A stretch of DNA of 54,477 nt from a virus (lineage: Duplodnaviria; Caudoviricetes), in the IMG/VR virus record IMGVR_UViG_3300017956_000016, positions 1 through 54,477 of that record; one strand, written 5' to 3'. This document shows, piece after piece, positions 10,201 through 19,007 of the stretch. Position numbers and translations under genes: made by a program. Positions within the stretch are counted from its first letter, which is position 1; every line of letters begins with the position of its first letter. The notes beneath the pieces are model-generated. The model ran no database searches, was not told the origin of the DNA, and saw nothing but the letters and a program-made list of their open reading frames with translations.

Positions 10201-10958
10201 TCACCAGTCAAGTTAACCGAGATCAGAGGTGTATCCAGGTTACCAGTCGGGTTGTATTCACCAACCACAACTGTGGTATCTGCCAAGTCAATGAATGGGT
10301 TGGCAGACTGTGCGTTACCATTCTGGACAATAATACGACCACTACCACCAGTAATTGTGCGAGTGGTGATAGTGCCTTCTGCTTGACGAGACATCAGACC
10401 AAAAGAGGTCAGACCAGCAATAGATGTCAGGTCACTGTCTAATGGTTGAGCGTCAGCAATACCGAAGTCACTCAGGGTTGTGGGGTTGTCAGCGTCCACA
10501 ATACGACCACGAGAGTCAACCGTGATACGAGTATATGTGCCTGTCGCGTCTAGGTCTTGCTCGTCGTAGTGGGGAAGTGCCACCACATAATTCAACTCAG
10601 CAGTAATGGTCAGATTTGCGGATCCATCAAACGTGCCACTACCAGACATGTCGCCACCAAGCGAGATTTGTCTAGCGTTTGCGAGTCTAGTTGCAGTAGA
10701 AGCGTTACCAACCAGTGAAGCAGTAATGGCACCTGCCTCAAAGTTACCGTCAGCATCTCTCTTTACAAGAGTGTTAGCGGTGTTGGATTCTGTCTCCAGT
10801 GGTCGCTCATATTTAAGCGAGTTCCATGGAGTAACACCATCACCGATCTTGATACGAGAGGTATCAATCTCGATTCCCAATTCGCCTTGGGCGAGGATTG
10901 GGTTGATGTTTGCCCACTGCTGAGCACCATCTCTTCTAAGTTGAATTCTATTCGCCAT
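4206..10958 (-). CDS. Long tail fibre / fibre-like adhesin (2250 aa)
   Basis: N-terminal RIQLRR..W...NPILAQGELGIEIDT.RIKIGDG.TPWNSLKY (Mtd_N / hyaluronidase N-terminal type). Long Gly/Thr/Asp/Asn-rich beta repeats (LNVDGAVDFNNT type) and C-terminal TDxLxEGxxNLYYT repeats. Confidence 0.85.
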   Translation of the reverse strand: MANRIQLRRDGAQQWANINPILAQGELGIEIDTSRIKIGDGVTPWNSLKYERPLETESNTANTLVKRDADGNFEAGAITASLVGNASTATRLANARQISLGGDMSGSGTFDGSANLTITAELNYVVALPHYDEQDLDATGTYTRITVDSRGRIVDADNPTTLSDFGIADAQPLDSDLTSIAGLTSFGLMSRQAEGTITTRTITGGSGRIIVQNGNAQSANPFIDLADTTVVVGEYNPTGNLDTPLISVNLTGDESVNTTQFTTDRYGRFTYARTIPIATAKQGSEDALYDNAIAYSRYDKVRNSSGRLYEAILDINAGGGEPTHTDTSDAGSWRYLGSALSPQKGLASFNQEDFDVTSWDPANTYEGGFVSIAAAGVDNWQLQNNRISFADGNTKEDFELDQELTSTTGYRGFNYLNYVKVNDTSGNLLFGANNTGDSGAGEIDVNVRSYFSDPNIDLDGATDQLIDKYGEGNLDIFLTQNSASNRTFAIASTNVGTGQALLDISADNDITIYATDVNSRVNVEDYHFQDNVLSTTNSTMVLDPNDDDDVTGLVRIRGDLQVDGTTTTVNSVTTTIQDPIITLGGEDTLTLDDNLDRGIEFRYYDSQERFGFFGWDEDYADANIWNGTGGYRFLYNATNTNEVYAGTDAAIIAGNLRLTTNTGSTSTTTGTLVVTGGVGISENVYVGGTVDIANDFDINSGQFTVTASNGDIYTQGDLTVDSNVTLGNASTDTVLVNSDTTFEDDVRISGPNTVFTINDGSVTKFEVDTDNGNTVIQGTLNIISAVDFDNTLNVDGAVTFNSTFDLDDDAVFHNDITLDTTGKYFKITNGTVDKFTVLSTNGNTDIRGTLDVGSAVHFESTLQVDGNITLGDAGTDILTINSDTTITDNLTVNLAVDFDSTLNVDGAVDFNNTLTVDGATTIYNDVLLRSGNKTFQIQNGSAQTEFSVDFDNGNTVIGRVGQGTAALGTLTVHGDGTFNRDVFINGNTRIGDAATDTLTVNSVSTFTDDVTVNGDFTVDGNTVLEGNLTVNGVTTTINSTTQTLDDPVFTLGGDTAPTQADAKDRGIEFRYYDSGARVGFFGWDNSASRYALYHNATNASEAFSGTRSGLDAGSIKLFDVTNSTSASTGTLIVGGGVGIGLDLYVGDDLTVTDDAAIGGNLSVTGALSTQNNFNVGTVFTVGISTGNTYVGGTLQVQGNATIGNAGSDAHVVNGTVTFNQAITSTDITADQIRIGVDAPNEISTTAGNLILDSVGGTVNITDNLDVDLDLNVDGNTQIDGTLTVDGNVTLGNAGTDSHVVTGTVQFNNAMTATDVTIDSITIGVVANNVIDTNSGALTFQSATGAIYNQANLFVTGTLQVDGNTTIGNAGTDNHVINGTTTFNHAITSTDITADNIKIGVDASSEISTSAGALTLDSFTGETIVDDNLTVNGTLDVAGVSVFTNNITLNSASKFIRIQNGSSITKFSVASSTGNTDIQGTLNVEGATVIDDTFNVTGAVDLDSTLEVNDIVTITDTTNTTNLPALFTAGGALRVSGGASFAGNVAFGADIQIYGDFTVDGNVVQKGSQEFRGRVLFSNGTNPSSLSSNAAVRLSNGGMTVAEDVYFGQLLTLGPNNAGTITLNGTSGNVNIGGTLGVTGTSTFTTINTSSITTSATANVGGSLLINTNKFTVQGTSGNTDIAGTLGVTGATTLNSTLNVVNAVDFDSTLNVDGATTFNNTITQNSTTRFNDNVVLQGASKALQLNNGAGTTKIELQSTSGNITGAGLATLNSLEVTTNASVLGNLTVTGTTTGNVTGNLTGTADKADLVNITETASSNLTYYVPFVSANTGYTEVRTDSTNLTYNPFENRLTVSNFKSTTDFEVAGNLNVTGTITYNLSQVGSIANHTTDGLPEGTSNLYFTDERVDDRVAALISGGTGISATYDDAGNLLTLSAVQSDINTDNLTEGSTNLFTTAARTRSHFTYGVGITHDGSGGLSVTQSDINTDNVTEGSTNVFFTNSRARGAFGASGDLSYNASTGVFSFTERTDAEVNGLADARIALQVGANLDLSSKTTTDLAEGSNLYYTTARWDARLATKTTDDITEGVVNLYYTDARADARIAAASTDDLSEGLTNLYYTDARADARITAASGNYATAAQGTLADSAIQPADLATVATSGAYSDLTGTPTISTFGASLIDDASASAARTTLGLGSAATTNSTAYATAAQGATADANDADIDDIYTALNAIGNDAGITTVTQLKAALAALTR
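4590..5300 (-). repeat. Six T-D-x-L-x-E-G-x-x-N-L-(Y/F)-x-T-x-x-R peptide repeats in the fibre C-terminus
   Basis: Six copies are visible in the translation. The last copies have a 78-bp DNA period, with identical 23-mers (cgagcatctgtgtagtaaaggtt) at 4594 and 4672. Confidence 0.85.
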
Positions 10959-10998
10959 TGCTTAAGGATCCTTGCGACTGCACAGTAGCCATCTAAGT

Positions 10999-11006
10999 TA
11001 TTTATG
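10999..11006 (-). promoter_or_regulatory. T4-type late promoter (CATAAATA)
   Basis: NATAAATA motif in the intergenic space about 40 nt upstream of the fibre ATG. Confidence 0.8.
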
Positions 11007-11012
11007 CCAAAT

Positions 11013-11035
11013 AAAAAGAGTCCCCGCAGGGACTC
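11013..11035 (-). terminator. Rho-independent terminator
   Basis: Minus strand reads GAGTCCC-TGCG-GGGACTC-TTTTT: a perfect 7-bp GC-rich stem plus U tract, 5 nt after the stop at 11041. Confidence 0.9.
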
Positions 11036-11040
11036 AGGAA

Positions 11041-11259
11041 TCACTCGGTTTCTTCCTCGGTCCCCTCTGTCGTTTCTTCGGCAGGGGGATTCAAATACTC
11101 CAACGTCTCAATAGCACCCAGGAGTTTTAGGGCAGTCTGCTCATTCTCACGGATCTTTGCAGACAGTGACTTGTTTTCGGAAATAAGATTTTCGTAACGA
11201 GTCTTAAAGTTATTGAGAAGCTCTTCTGGAGCCATAGTTTCAGTTTGGGTGGCAGTCAT
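11041..11259 (-). CDS. Small coiled-coil protein with acidic tail (72 aa)
   Basis: Heptad pattern, ATGA overlap with the upstream gene and GGAG Shine-Dalgarno. Confidence 0.75.
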   Translation of the reverse strand: MTATQTETMAPEELLNNFKTRYENLISENKSLSAKIRENEQTALKLLGAIETLEYLNPPAEETTEGTEEETE

Positions 11260-11495
11260 TGATTTTTCTCCAATAATGTCTTCAGCAGATCCTTGATTTC
11301 ATTCAGATCTGATTTTACAGTTTCAACTTCATTTTGTAAAGCCTCTACCGTGGTTTCTTTCTTCTGCCTCTTGTTGTAGGCAGCCATGTATCTTTCGTAT
11401 TCTACTTTGTTTGTGTTAATTACAGCATTAGTTTTCGGATCACGAAACCATCCGACCTTGCCTTCAACTGGTTGTAACTGTGAGTGGTCTAACAT
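11256..11495 (-). CDS. Small conserved-type myovirus protein with C-terminal coiled coil (79 aa)
   Basis: RDPKTNAVINTN..EYERY followed by a coiled coil (LQNEVETVKSDLNEIKDLLKTLL). This type of ORF typically follows the DUF4815 gene in T4-like marine phages. Confidence 0.75.
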   Translation of the reverse strand: MLDHSQLQPVEGKVGWFRDPKTNAVINTNKVEYERYMAAYNKRQKKETTVEALQNEVETVKSDLNEIKDLLKTLLEKNQ

Positions 11496-11558
11496 CTTGA
11501 CAAGATACCAAATAATAATTAGAATAAGCCTGTGGGTTTCAGAGATCAGCTCTAGTAC

Positions 11559-14500
11559 TTAAGTAGCTAGAGCAATGCTTCTAAGATCAATAATCTGAGG
11601 CACAATAGCCTGATTCTTAGATCTCATTACGATCTTCACTTGGAAAGCATTAAACGAAAGACCCGTTTGCTCATAACTGTAATCTCTGAATTCATATACA
11701 TCAGAAGCAGGAATATCTGCAACAGGGAAGATCTCAGTAAAGTTAACTGTTTCGGGATCGCTGTCAGCACCACTTTCAAATGTCTTGATGTAGACACGGA
11801 CTTCGCTGCCTTGAGGTTTGTATGCACCAAAGTCAATCTTTAGAGTCCTAGACAGTTGAGTCAGATTTGCGATTCTAGTGAGATAGACTGCATCGTTTTG
11901 ATCACCAACAGGCTCAAGTGAAACGTTTGACTGAGTGTCAATTTCAGCGTTGATGCCATACTGTTGGGGACCACCTGGCCATTGGTTGATCCTGTTTGAC
12001 ACACAAATCAAAGATGTGCGGTCGAGGTCAACATAAGGAGACAGGTTGGGGTTGTCAGTTGCCAGAGCACAGTCAATACTGATGGACTTGTTACCACCCA
12101 GTTTATTGCTCTCATTAACTTTGGAGCAAACCATCTGAGGAGTAGTAAAGTAGTTTTCAGTATTCAACGTGATGTCATAATATTGACCATTGTTAACAAA
12201 CGATGCTTGATCGATAACAGTGGTGCCGTCACCAACAGAAGTTGCTGTAGTAGTATTTACACGAGCAGAAATACTTGTATCTGGGAAGACCATGTTAGCG
12301 ATGGAAGGTCTCAGCACTTCAAACTGGAAGTTTTGAGATGCAAGCACATTGGCGCCACCACCACGAATTCCGTTGGTTGCCACCGAAGTTGTATTCAACA
12401 GATAGTGATCGATCCAAGGATCATCAATACCATCATGGACTTTGTTGATCTCTGTCAGAGGAATGCCGTCAAAGTTGTAGCATTGAACCACTGCACCAGT
12501 GGGGTGATCTGTATCGGTAGTGCCAGCAGCACCTCTACCATTAGTAGCAACAGTGATGACTTGACCGTTGGAAGAGATAGCAGAGTATTGAATGATCTCG
12601 TTACCGATAATCAGATAACCAGGGTTGAGGTTGCCAATGGCAGTGCCATTCACAAAGGTGTGGAAACCACCTGCTGCTTCAACGTTGATTGAAGTAGACC
12701 CAGCACTCAGAGAAGAAGTGAGTGTTGTCGGGGGCACTTCAGAAACAACGCCGCTAATTTCAACGTTGTTGGTGCGTTGATGCATACAGTGATTCTTGTG
12801 ATACACCAAGACCTTTCTGTCCTTCTGCTGGTAGGAAGGTGCAGCAGTTGGGAATTGGTTGTATGTGTCACCAGAGTATGCAACGCTAGTAATGGTTGCA
12901 GTAACAACACCACCATTCTCAGACAGGGTGTCACTCAGGTCGAATGCCTTATCGACATAGTTAACATACAGCACAGGGTTTGCTGCTGTTGTCACGCCAT
13001 CGGGGAGAGTGTCACCAGTTGCATAGTATCCAGTAACCGTTGCAGTTGCATTGGAAGTAGATCCAGAAATAATATCTACCTCAGTGGTAGCACCACCAGG
13101 GGCACCAGGGCGAGGTGAGAAGTCACCGTTAGAAACTGTAGACAGTTGGAAGATAGCAGTTGACTGGGAAGACTTAATGCCTTGGAATGCATTATTATTG
13201 CCATCCAAGAAACCTGCTGCCCATGTGCCTTCAATGTCTGTCAAGGTGATGGTTTCGGGATCAGATGTCGAATCAAATTCCACAACTGTGCCTTCTGCGT
13301 TGGAAGGTGTCTGCTTCAGTCTTGCACCAACAGTGTATGTATTATTAGTGCCTGCAGGTAGGGTGAGGACTTGCTCTGGTTGAATCGTGACAAGAGGATT
13401 GTTTCTCAACTGCGTGTAACCGCCGTTAGTTTCTCCCATCTCAACGTTTTCGAGAGTGACTGTGCCAGTCAAGGATGTGTAGTTTGCTTTATAGATGGTA
13501 AACTTCAAGTCCTCATATTGGTCAGCAGTCCAAGTCGATGCGTTTTGTGACTTGAAGAGCACACCTGCATACGGTTGCTCGGAGATTGTCCTGTTACCAG
13601 ACTTCTCAATGTCACCCATTCTGGAGATCCAGACTTGATATTCATTAGAGTCTGACAGCAGCACAAAACAATATTCAACCGACTGCTTAATATATACGGG
13701 AGATCTGAATTCAAATCTTGTTGGGATTTCAGCACTTTCAGACACCTCAACATCGTTTGCGTTGATTGTGATGTCTGAGAGGGGCAGAATATCCTTAGTG
13801 GGATTACCATTCTCCATTGTCCTGATCTGCATAGAGATCGGAATATTGTCATCTCTAGTTCTGAAGAAGATATCAACACCAGTGATGAAGATACCACCCT
13901 CTTCGTCAACAATGAAAGATTGTGCCAGGGGGTCATACCAACCGATCTGACGTGTCTCCGTCCTTGTGCCACTAACAATGGTCCTTTCGTCGTTAACTGT
14001 ATCTCTAACGATCTCAGCGTTTCTGACTGCCAGGATGTTTTCTCTAACAGTTTGAAGAATACCAGATGCTCTGTATTCTGTATCTGCCGAAGAATCCACT
14101 GCACCAGCTTCTCTGCTGTTTTGTGGGTTTGTTGTAAATCTAAGGGTCCTTGTGCCAGTTGCCCAACGTGGGTTGGAATCAACCTTGGGGTTGGGGATGA
14201 AGAATGTGCCTTTGAAGTTACCAACGTTGTCAGTCAGAAGACGACGATCCTTAACATATGCAGCAGCACCAGATGTCAAACCAACCAGCAACTCACCAAT
14301 CTTCATATTGCCTTGGAATCTACCATTGGCAGTCTTTGCCATCTCCTCAACATCTACATTGAGATATGGAGTGTTGGATGCATAGGAAGACGGAAGAGTT
14401 TCTGTGCCTTGACCATATGGATTGGTCACATAAGCATCATCAGCAGCGGCAACTTTGAGACGCACGTTGCTCTCTGTGCCAATAACAGTTTCTCCAACAA

Positions 14501-17500
14501 CAAACGGAATCTGATTGCTGTTGTCGATTGTTGGGTCGGGTGGGAGCACAACGGAAGGAGTGGAAAGACCTTCGCTTCCCTCTGGACCGATTACATCTCT
14601 AGAAATGGTGCTGTTTGTGCCAGACTTGTTGAGCTCGATAACCTTAGGTGTGATATATGCACTCACATCAACGCCATCGAAGAAGCAATAGATTCTAGTC
14701 CTGGGCTTCATTCTATAAACGTCAAATGCCAGGTTTCTGGAGCGAATCCAGGGCACTGCAGTTTGAGACAGGATGCTATCACCCAGAGATTTACGCTCAA
14801 TTCTGGGGACGATTCTCGTGCGGATACCTTGACGGGACTGGTTAGTCCTGACTTGGAAGGTGCGTCTTTGGTGAATAAATTCCAGACCTCTGTGTCTGGT
14901 GCCGACCCAACCACCACCACCATGAGTGCTACCAGATCTGTTGATGATCGTATCAGTAGAAACTAGGGATTCTGAAGACCAGTTGGTTCTCCAACCACCC
15001 CATTGAATTGGGGCAAACCCTGTGTTGGGATCGATATCCAACTCTCTGGCAACACTAGAGAAGTCACCTTCAACGTTTTCCACACGAGCAGGAAGTCGAT
15101 TCGTTTCCAACCAGTCATCTGACGTAGGTGTCAGGTCAATACGACCGATGAAAGTAAACACGTTAAACGGGTTAACGTTTTCACTTCTAGATGCATAGGG
15201 TTGTGTGACAACAGCAACGTCTTCATAAGGAAGCATTGCAATGTTTCCAGATGTCACAACAACATTTTGTGACTTGGTGGTATTGATCTGCAGGGGGACG
15301 TTGGATGTGTAGTGCGAAGGACGAAGCAGACCCTCTTGGAAATCGAGAGAGCACTTATAGTCTCCACTGTTAACGTCACCAATCTTATGATCAGTAAAGT
15401 CATCAACCACAAAACCATTCTTCAGACGATCGAAACCGTTTTCGTCATAGGATCTGGTAGCATCTGTCTGCACTTCAAGAAGTGACAGGGCAGTGTAATA
15501 TTCAACGTTATTGATTCTCTTCTCAAGGTCACCAATATCCTTCATCGTATAACGACGAATGATTTCTTGGGTGATTGTAGAATCTCTTTGAGGATCATAC
15601 ATATATGCCTTGTGCTTCATCACAGCAAGACACATGGCATTTTGGATATTCTCTGGCGGTTGAGGATCTTCTGCCGAGATGCCGTAAACCAGCTTCAGTT
15701 TATTGTCGTGAGACAGGAAGAGTTTATCCGTCCTGGGCAGATAATATTCGTAGTCGCAACGGAATTCTGTTTCTGCTTTGGGAATATCAAATAGAGTTGC
15801 AACTGCTGCAGCACCAGCACCTTGGTTTGTTGTGCTAAAGACACGAGCGTCGAAATCGAGAGTTGCACAAGTAACTTCAAAAGGACCAGTAACTGTGCCA
15901 TTGCCTGTTGCCAATTCACCAACAGCGGGACGGAAGTCAATTTGATCTCTGACGTTTTTGCTGGATCCTTGCAAAATCGGAGCAGGGATCTGGTCAAAGT
16001 CAATACCAGTATATGACTGTGCAGAGAAGTAGTCACCAGATGCTTCATGAATGAAGTAGTCAAAGATGACCATCAGTTGTCTGGTGGGAGCAGTAACACC
16101 AGACTTTCTTACAAGTTTGGAAACATTGTAATAGAAAGGTGTTTGTCCATCATTCAAGTTAAAGAGGTCCGTGACCACTTTGCTTCCCTTGACAACGGAT
16201 CCATCGGCATCATCGATTGTTGCTCTCAGGACATTACCATCAGAATCTTCACCAACGATTTGCTCGCCAGGGTTGAATTGAATATCGTTGAGGTTGACGT
16301 TATAGAGTCGCAGAGTTGCGTTAATGAAACTAACAACAGTTGCTCTAGCACCAGATGTAGCACCAGTTACAACTGTGCCAGGTGCAAAGAAGGTTGCTTC
16401 GCTCAAGACAACGTAAGGGACTTTTGGTGCGTTATCGTCTTCGGATTCATAAACAGCATGAATCTTGTAGACATCATTCAAACCAAAAGAAATTTCTTGG
16501 TCTTGGATTCTTGTGCCATACAAGTTACCATAAAGAAGACCATACTTCTGGATATCATTATTTTTGTTTGTGCGAGTAACTTTAAGAGCACGCATCTTGG
16601 ATGCAGTCTTAATCTTTCTGCTCACAATATTCTTAGACACCAAAGCAGTCAGTTTGACTGTAGTGACACCCGTAAGACCATCAATCGTGATCGACTGTCT
16701 ATCGGCACCGAAGGTAACTGTCAGAGTGCCTGCCTCATCCAATGCTTCCAAATCCAGGTTATCTCCAACAGCATATGCAGATCCAGATTGGGCAAGGATT
16801 GTCAGTTGATAGTTTTCATCGTCAAGAGATGCAAATTGCTCAGACTCGGGCAGTGCAACTGTCAAACCACCAGACACAACAGTTTTGTTGCTGAATGTGC
16901 GATAGACAAAGAATGACTCGTCACTCAGAGACTTCATCGACTGTCTCGGAAGGTCGATGGAAAGTTGACCAGTGGGTTGGGTTGTGTTGAATATGAAAGG
17001 ACGATATCTGACAACTGTTGTGTAATCGCCGTCTGTGATAGCACCTTTCGTTAAACCTGTGTCCAGCAATGCAGTCTGGGACTGGTAATTAAATACTGGA
17101 GTGCCACCGACGTTGTTGCCAGATGTGTGGTTGATTGCAGATTTTGTGATCTTCTTGACCACAAGAGAAATATCACCTTCTGTTGAGGACGCACCATTCG
17201 GGCTCAGGATATCACCAGGGCGCAGGTCTTCTTCAAATTTGCTACCCTGCAGACCAATGATATTTTGATTACCTGCCTGATCGATTGTAATAGTTGCGCC
17301 TCTAACCACAGAAGTATCATTCAACAACCAGTTGGCAAGGAATGAAACTTGGGAGTTGCTGTTGTATGCAACGCAGGATCTAACATCGTTAACTTGATAA
17401 CTGAAAACAGCATCAACTGTACCGACAACGCGACCGTCTCTAGTGATAACTTCACCGTCAGTAAAGACACCACTGACTTGCTCAAGACCCACATAAGTGC

Positions 17501-19004
17501 CACTAATGTCTGTAGTAGCAAAACCTCTGGCGCCAGAAATTCTACCGACCAGAAGATCTCCAGCAGCAACAGTTGCATTACCTGCGACAAAGTTGAGTGC
17601 TGTAAACATCTGGATGTCCATCATATAAAGATCCCAGATGCCAGTTGCTGCTTTTTGCAACTGCACGCAGCGTGCCCTACCAATCTTTTGACCAGTTACA
17701 CTGTTTCCACCATTCAGAGTCCATCCATCATGCAGATCGAGGACTTGATATGCGTCGGCAACACCTTCACCAGTAATATCAGGCCAACCATAGACATCAT
17801 AAACTTTGACATACTGACCCCATTCAATCGGAATGATTGAGTTTTGGACACCAGTAAAGTCTCTGGGTTTCTTGAGGTCAACATATTGAGGAGTAAGAAA
17901 CTCTGTCCTATAACCTCTAATGTATGCTTTACCTGGCGACACCTCAATAGCAGCGTATTCTTCGCTGGCAGCTTGACCCTCTCTAGAGGACTGACCAGGA
18001 CCATAAACGCCGTTATTGAAACCGTCGTCTCTATGCTCTCTTAATTTAACGTCGAATGTATCAATAACATAGTCACCAGACTCTTCATAAGTGCGTCTAG
18101 CGAGTGACTTTTCAAGGACAGAGTATGCTGTGTCATTAACGAATTGCTCGATCTTAGATTCTCTGATCCTGACCAATTCGATGAAGTTTTTATCAGTCTC
18201 GTCATCAATCGGTTTCTTGACGAGAGTTGTGCTAATCTTGAATCTATGAGATCCAGGAGCAGAATAGTTTGACGTGCCAGCAGCGTTATCATTCAGAGAA
18301 GGATCGTCTTCTGGAGTAACAATAGACTCCGAAATTTCAAGACCAATCCTATAAGAAGGGTTATTGCTATACTGGTCGAGGATAATATAAGCAGAAGGAA
18401 CATTGACAAAGTGACCACGAATAAAGTAAACACCATTGTTAATGTATGCAACCGATGCCACAGCGGAAGCATTAACAGGAAGGAGTTGAGCAAAAGGTGA
18501 TCCAACCTCAATGAGAGTTGTGCCAAAGGTCAACTCAGATTCGCAAATGAGTTGCTCGTTGTTTTGGAAACCCTTAACACCAACATCAGATGTAGTATCG
18601 CCCGAGTCGATATACTTCACATATACTGTGATGTATCCTTTGGAAGATTCTGCAGCAGAAATTGAATACAGGACCTTTGCTCGGATGCCACTTGTCAAAC
18701 CCGAGATGATCTTGCCATTCAGTTGAGATCTATAGGTTTCAACATCAACACCAAGGAATGCTTGTTGCAGGATGATTGCTTGGACGTTGAGATCGTATCC
18801 CACTTGACCAGGGATAACCATGGCACCTTCTTTGAAGAAGTGCTGACCCATGGACTCAATCTGATTCTGCAGAATGCTCTGCATCGTCGTGAGTTCTCTT
18901 GCCTGAATTGGGAATCCAGGTCTATACAACACTCGATAAAAATTCTTATCCTTATCGAAGTCGTCGAAATACGGACTAATGTTGAGGTTGGTATTTTGTG
19001 GCAT
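11559..19004 (-). CDS. Large virion structural protein, DUF4815 / VrlC-like (2481 aa)
   Basis: N-terminal PYFDDFD..KNFYRVLYRPG.PIQARELT.MQSILQNQ, LARRTYEESGDY, RYTMKDIGDLEKRI.NVEYYT.LSLLE, GFVVDDF, DPLAQSF, FKSQNASTWT.DQYEDLKF. Directly follows gp8. Confidence 0.85.
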   Translation of the reverse strand: MPQNTNLNISPYFDDFDKDKNFYRVLYRPGFPIQARELTTMQSILQNQIESMGQHFFKEGAMVIPGQVGYDLNVQAIILQQAFLGVDVETYRSQLNGKIISGLTSGIRAKVLYSISAAESSKGYITVYVKYIDSGDTTSDVGVKGFQNNEQLICESELTFGTTLIEVGSPFAQLLPVNASAVASVAYINNGVYFIRGHFVNVPSAYIILDQYSNNPSYRIGLEISESIVTPEDDPSLNDNAAGTSNYSAPGSHRFKISTTLVKKPIDDETDKNFIELVRIRESKIEQFVNDTAYSVLEKSLARRTYEESGDYVIDTFDVKLREHRDDGFNNGVYGPGQSSREGQAASEEYAAIEVSPGKAYIRGYRTEFLTPQYVDLKKPRDFTGVQNSIIPIEWGQYVKVYDVYGWPDITGEGVADAYQVLDLHDGWTLNGGNSVTGQKIGRARCVQLQKAATGIWDLYMMDIQMFTALNFVAGNATVAAGDLLVGRISGARGFATTDISGTYVGLEQVSGVFTDGEVITRDGRVVGTVDAVFSYQVNDVRSCVAYNSNSQVSFLANWLLNDTSVVRGATITIDQAGNQNIIGLQGSKFEEDLRPGDILSPNGASSTEGDISLVVKKITKSAINHTSGNNVGGTPVFNYQSQTALLDTGLTKGAITDGDYTTVVRYRPFIFNTTQPTGQLSIDLPRQSMKSLSDESFFVYRTFSNKTVVSGGLTVALPESEQFASLDDENYQLTILAQSGSAYAVGDNLDLEALDEAGTLTVTFGADRQSITIDGLTGVTTVKLTALVSKNIVSRKIKTASKMRALKVTRTNKNNDIQKYGLLYGNLYGTRIQDQEISFGLNDVYKIHAVYESEDDNAPKVPYVVLSEATFFAPGTVVTGATSGARATVVSFINATLRLYNVNLNDIQFNPGEQIVGEDSDGNVLRATIDDADGSVVKGSKVVTDLFNLNDGQTPFYYNVSKLVRKSGVTAPTRQLMVIFDYFIHEASGDYFSAQSYTGIDFDQIPAPILQGSSKNVRDQIDFRPAVGELATGNGTVTGPFEVTCATLDFDARVFSTTNQGAGAAAVATLFDIPKAETEFRCDYEYYLPRTDKLFLSHDNKLKLVYGISAEDPQPPENIQNAMCLAVMKHKAYMYDPQRDSTITQEIIRRYTMKDIGDLEKRINNVEYYTALSLLEVQTDATRSYDENGFDRLKNGFVVDDFTDHKIGDVNSGDYKCSLDFQEGLLRPSHYTSNVPLQINTTKSQNVVVTSGNIAMLPYEDVAVVTQPYASRSENVNPFNVFTFIGRIDLTPTSDDWLETNRLPARVENVEGDFSSVARELDIDPNTGFAPIQWGGWRTNWSSESLVSTDTIINRSGSTHGGGGWVGTRHRGLEFIHQRRTFQVRTNQSRQGIRTRIVPRIERKSLGDSILSQTAVPWIRSRNLAFDVYRMKPRTRIYCFFDGVDVSAYITPKVIELNKSGTNSTISRDVIGPEGSEGLSTPSVVLPPDPTIDNSNQIPFVVGETVIGTESNVRLKVAAADDAYVTNPYGQGTETLPSSYASNTPYLNVDVEEMAKTANGRFQGNMKIGELLVGLTSGAAAYVKDRRLLTDNVGNFKGTFFIPNPKVDSNPRWATGTRTLRFTTNPQNSREAGAVDSSADTEYRASGILQTVRENILAVRNAEIVRDTVNDERTIVSGTRTETRQIGWYDPLAQSFIVDEEGGIFITGVDIFFRTRDDNIPISMQIRTMENGNPTKDILPLSDITINANDVEVSESAEIPTRFEFRSPVYIKQSVEYCFVLLSDSNEYQVWISRMGDIEKSGNRTISEQPYAGVLFKSQNASTWTADQYEDLKFTIYKANYTSLTGTVTLENVEMGETNGGYTQLRNNPLVTIQPEQVLTLPAGTNNTYTVGARLKQTPSNAEGTVVEFDSTSDPETITLTDIEGTWAAGFLDGNNNAFQGIKSSQSTAIFQLSTVSNGDFSPRPGAPGGATTEVDIISGSTSNATATVTGYYATGDTLPDGVTTAANPVLYVNYVDKAFDLSDTLSENGGVVTATITSVAYSGDTYNQFPTAAPSYQQKDRKVLVYHKNHCMHQRTNNVEISGVVSEVPPTTLTSSLSAGSTSINVEAAGGFHTFVNGTAIGNLNPGYLIIGNEIIQYSAISSNGQVITVATNGRGAAGTTDTDHPTGAVVQCYNFDGIPLTEINKVHDGIDDPWIDHYLLNTTSVATNGIRGGGANVLASQNFQFEVLRPSIANMVFPDTSISARVNTTTATSVGDGTTVIDQASFVNNGQYYDITLNTENYFTTPQMVCSKVNESNKLGGNKSISIDCALATDNPNLSPYVDLDRTSLICVSNRINQWPGGPQQYGINAEIDTQSNVSLEPVGDQNDAVYLTRIANLTQLSRTLKIDFGAYKPQGSEVRVYIKTFESGADSDPETVNFTEIFPVADIPASDVYEFRDYSYEQTGLSFNAFQVKIVMRSKNQAIVPQIIDLRSIALAT

Positions 19005-19007
19005 CTC

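Noticed and set aside
4206-10958. Diversity-generating retroelement suggested by the Mtd_N-like N-terminus
   Set aside because: No reverse transcriptase, no C-type lectin variable region and no adenine-specific TR/VR repeat pair seen. Mtd_N is just a common fibre anchor.
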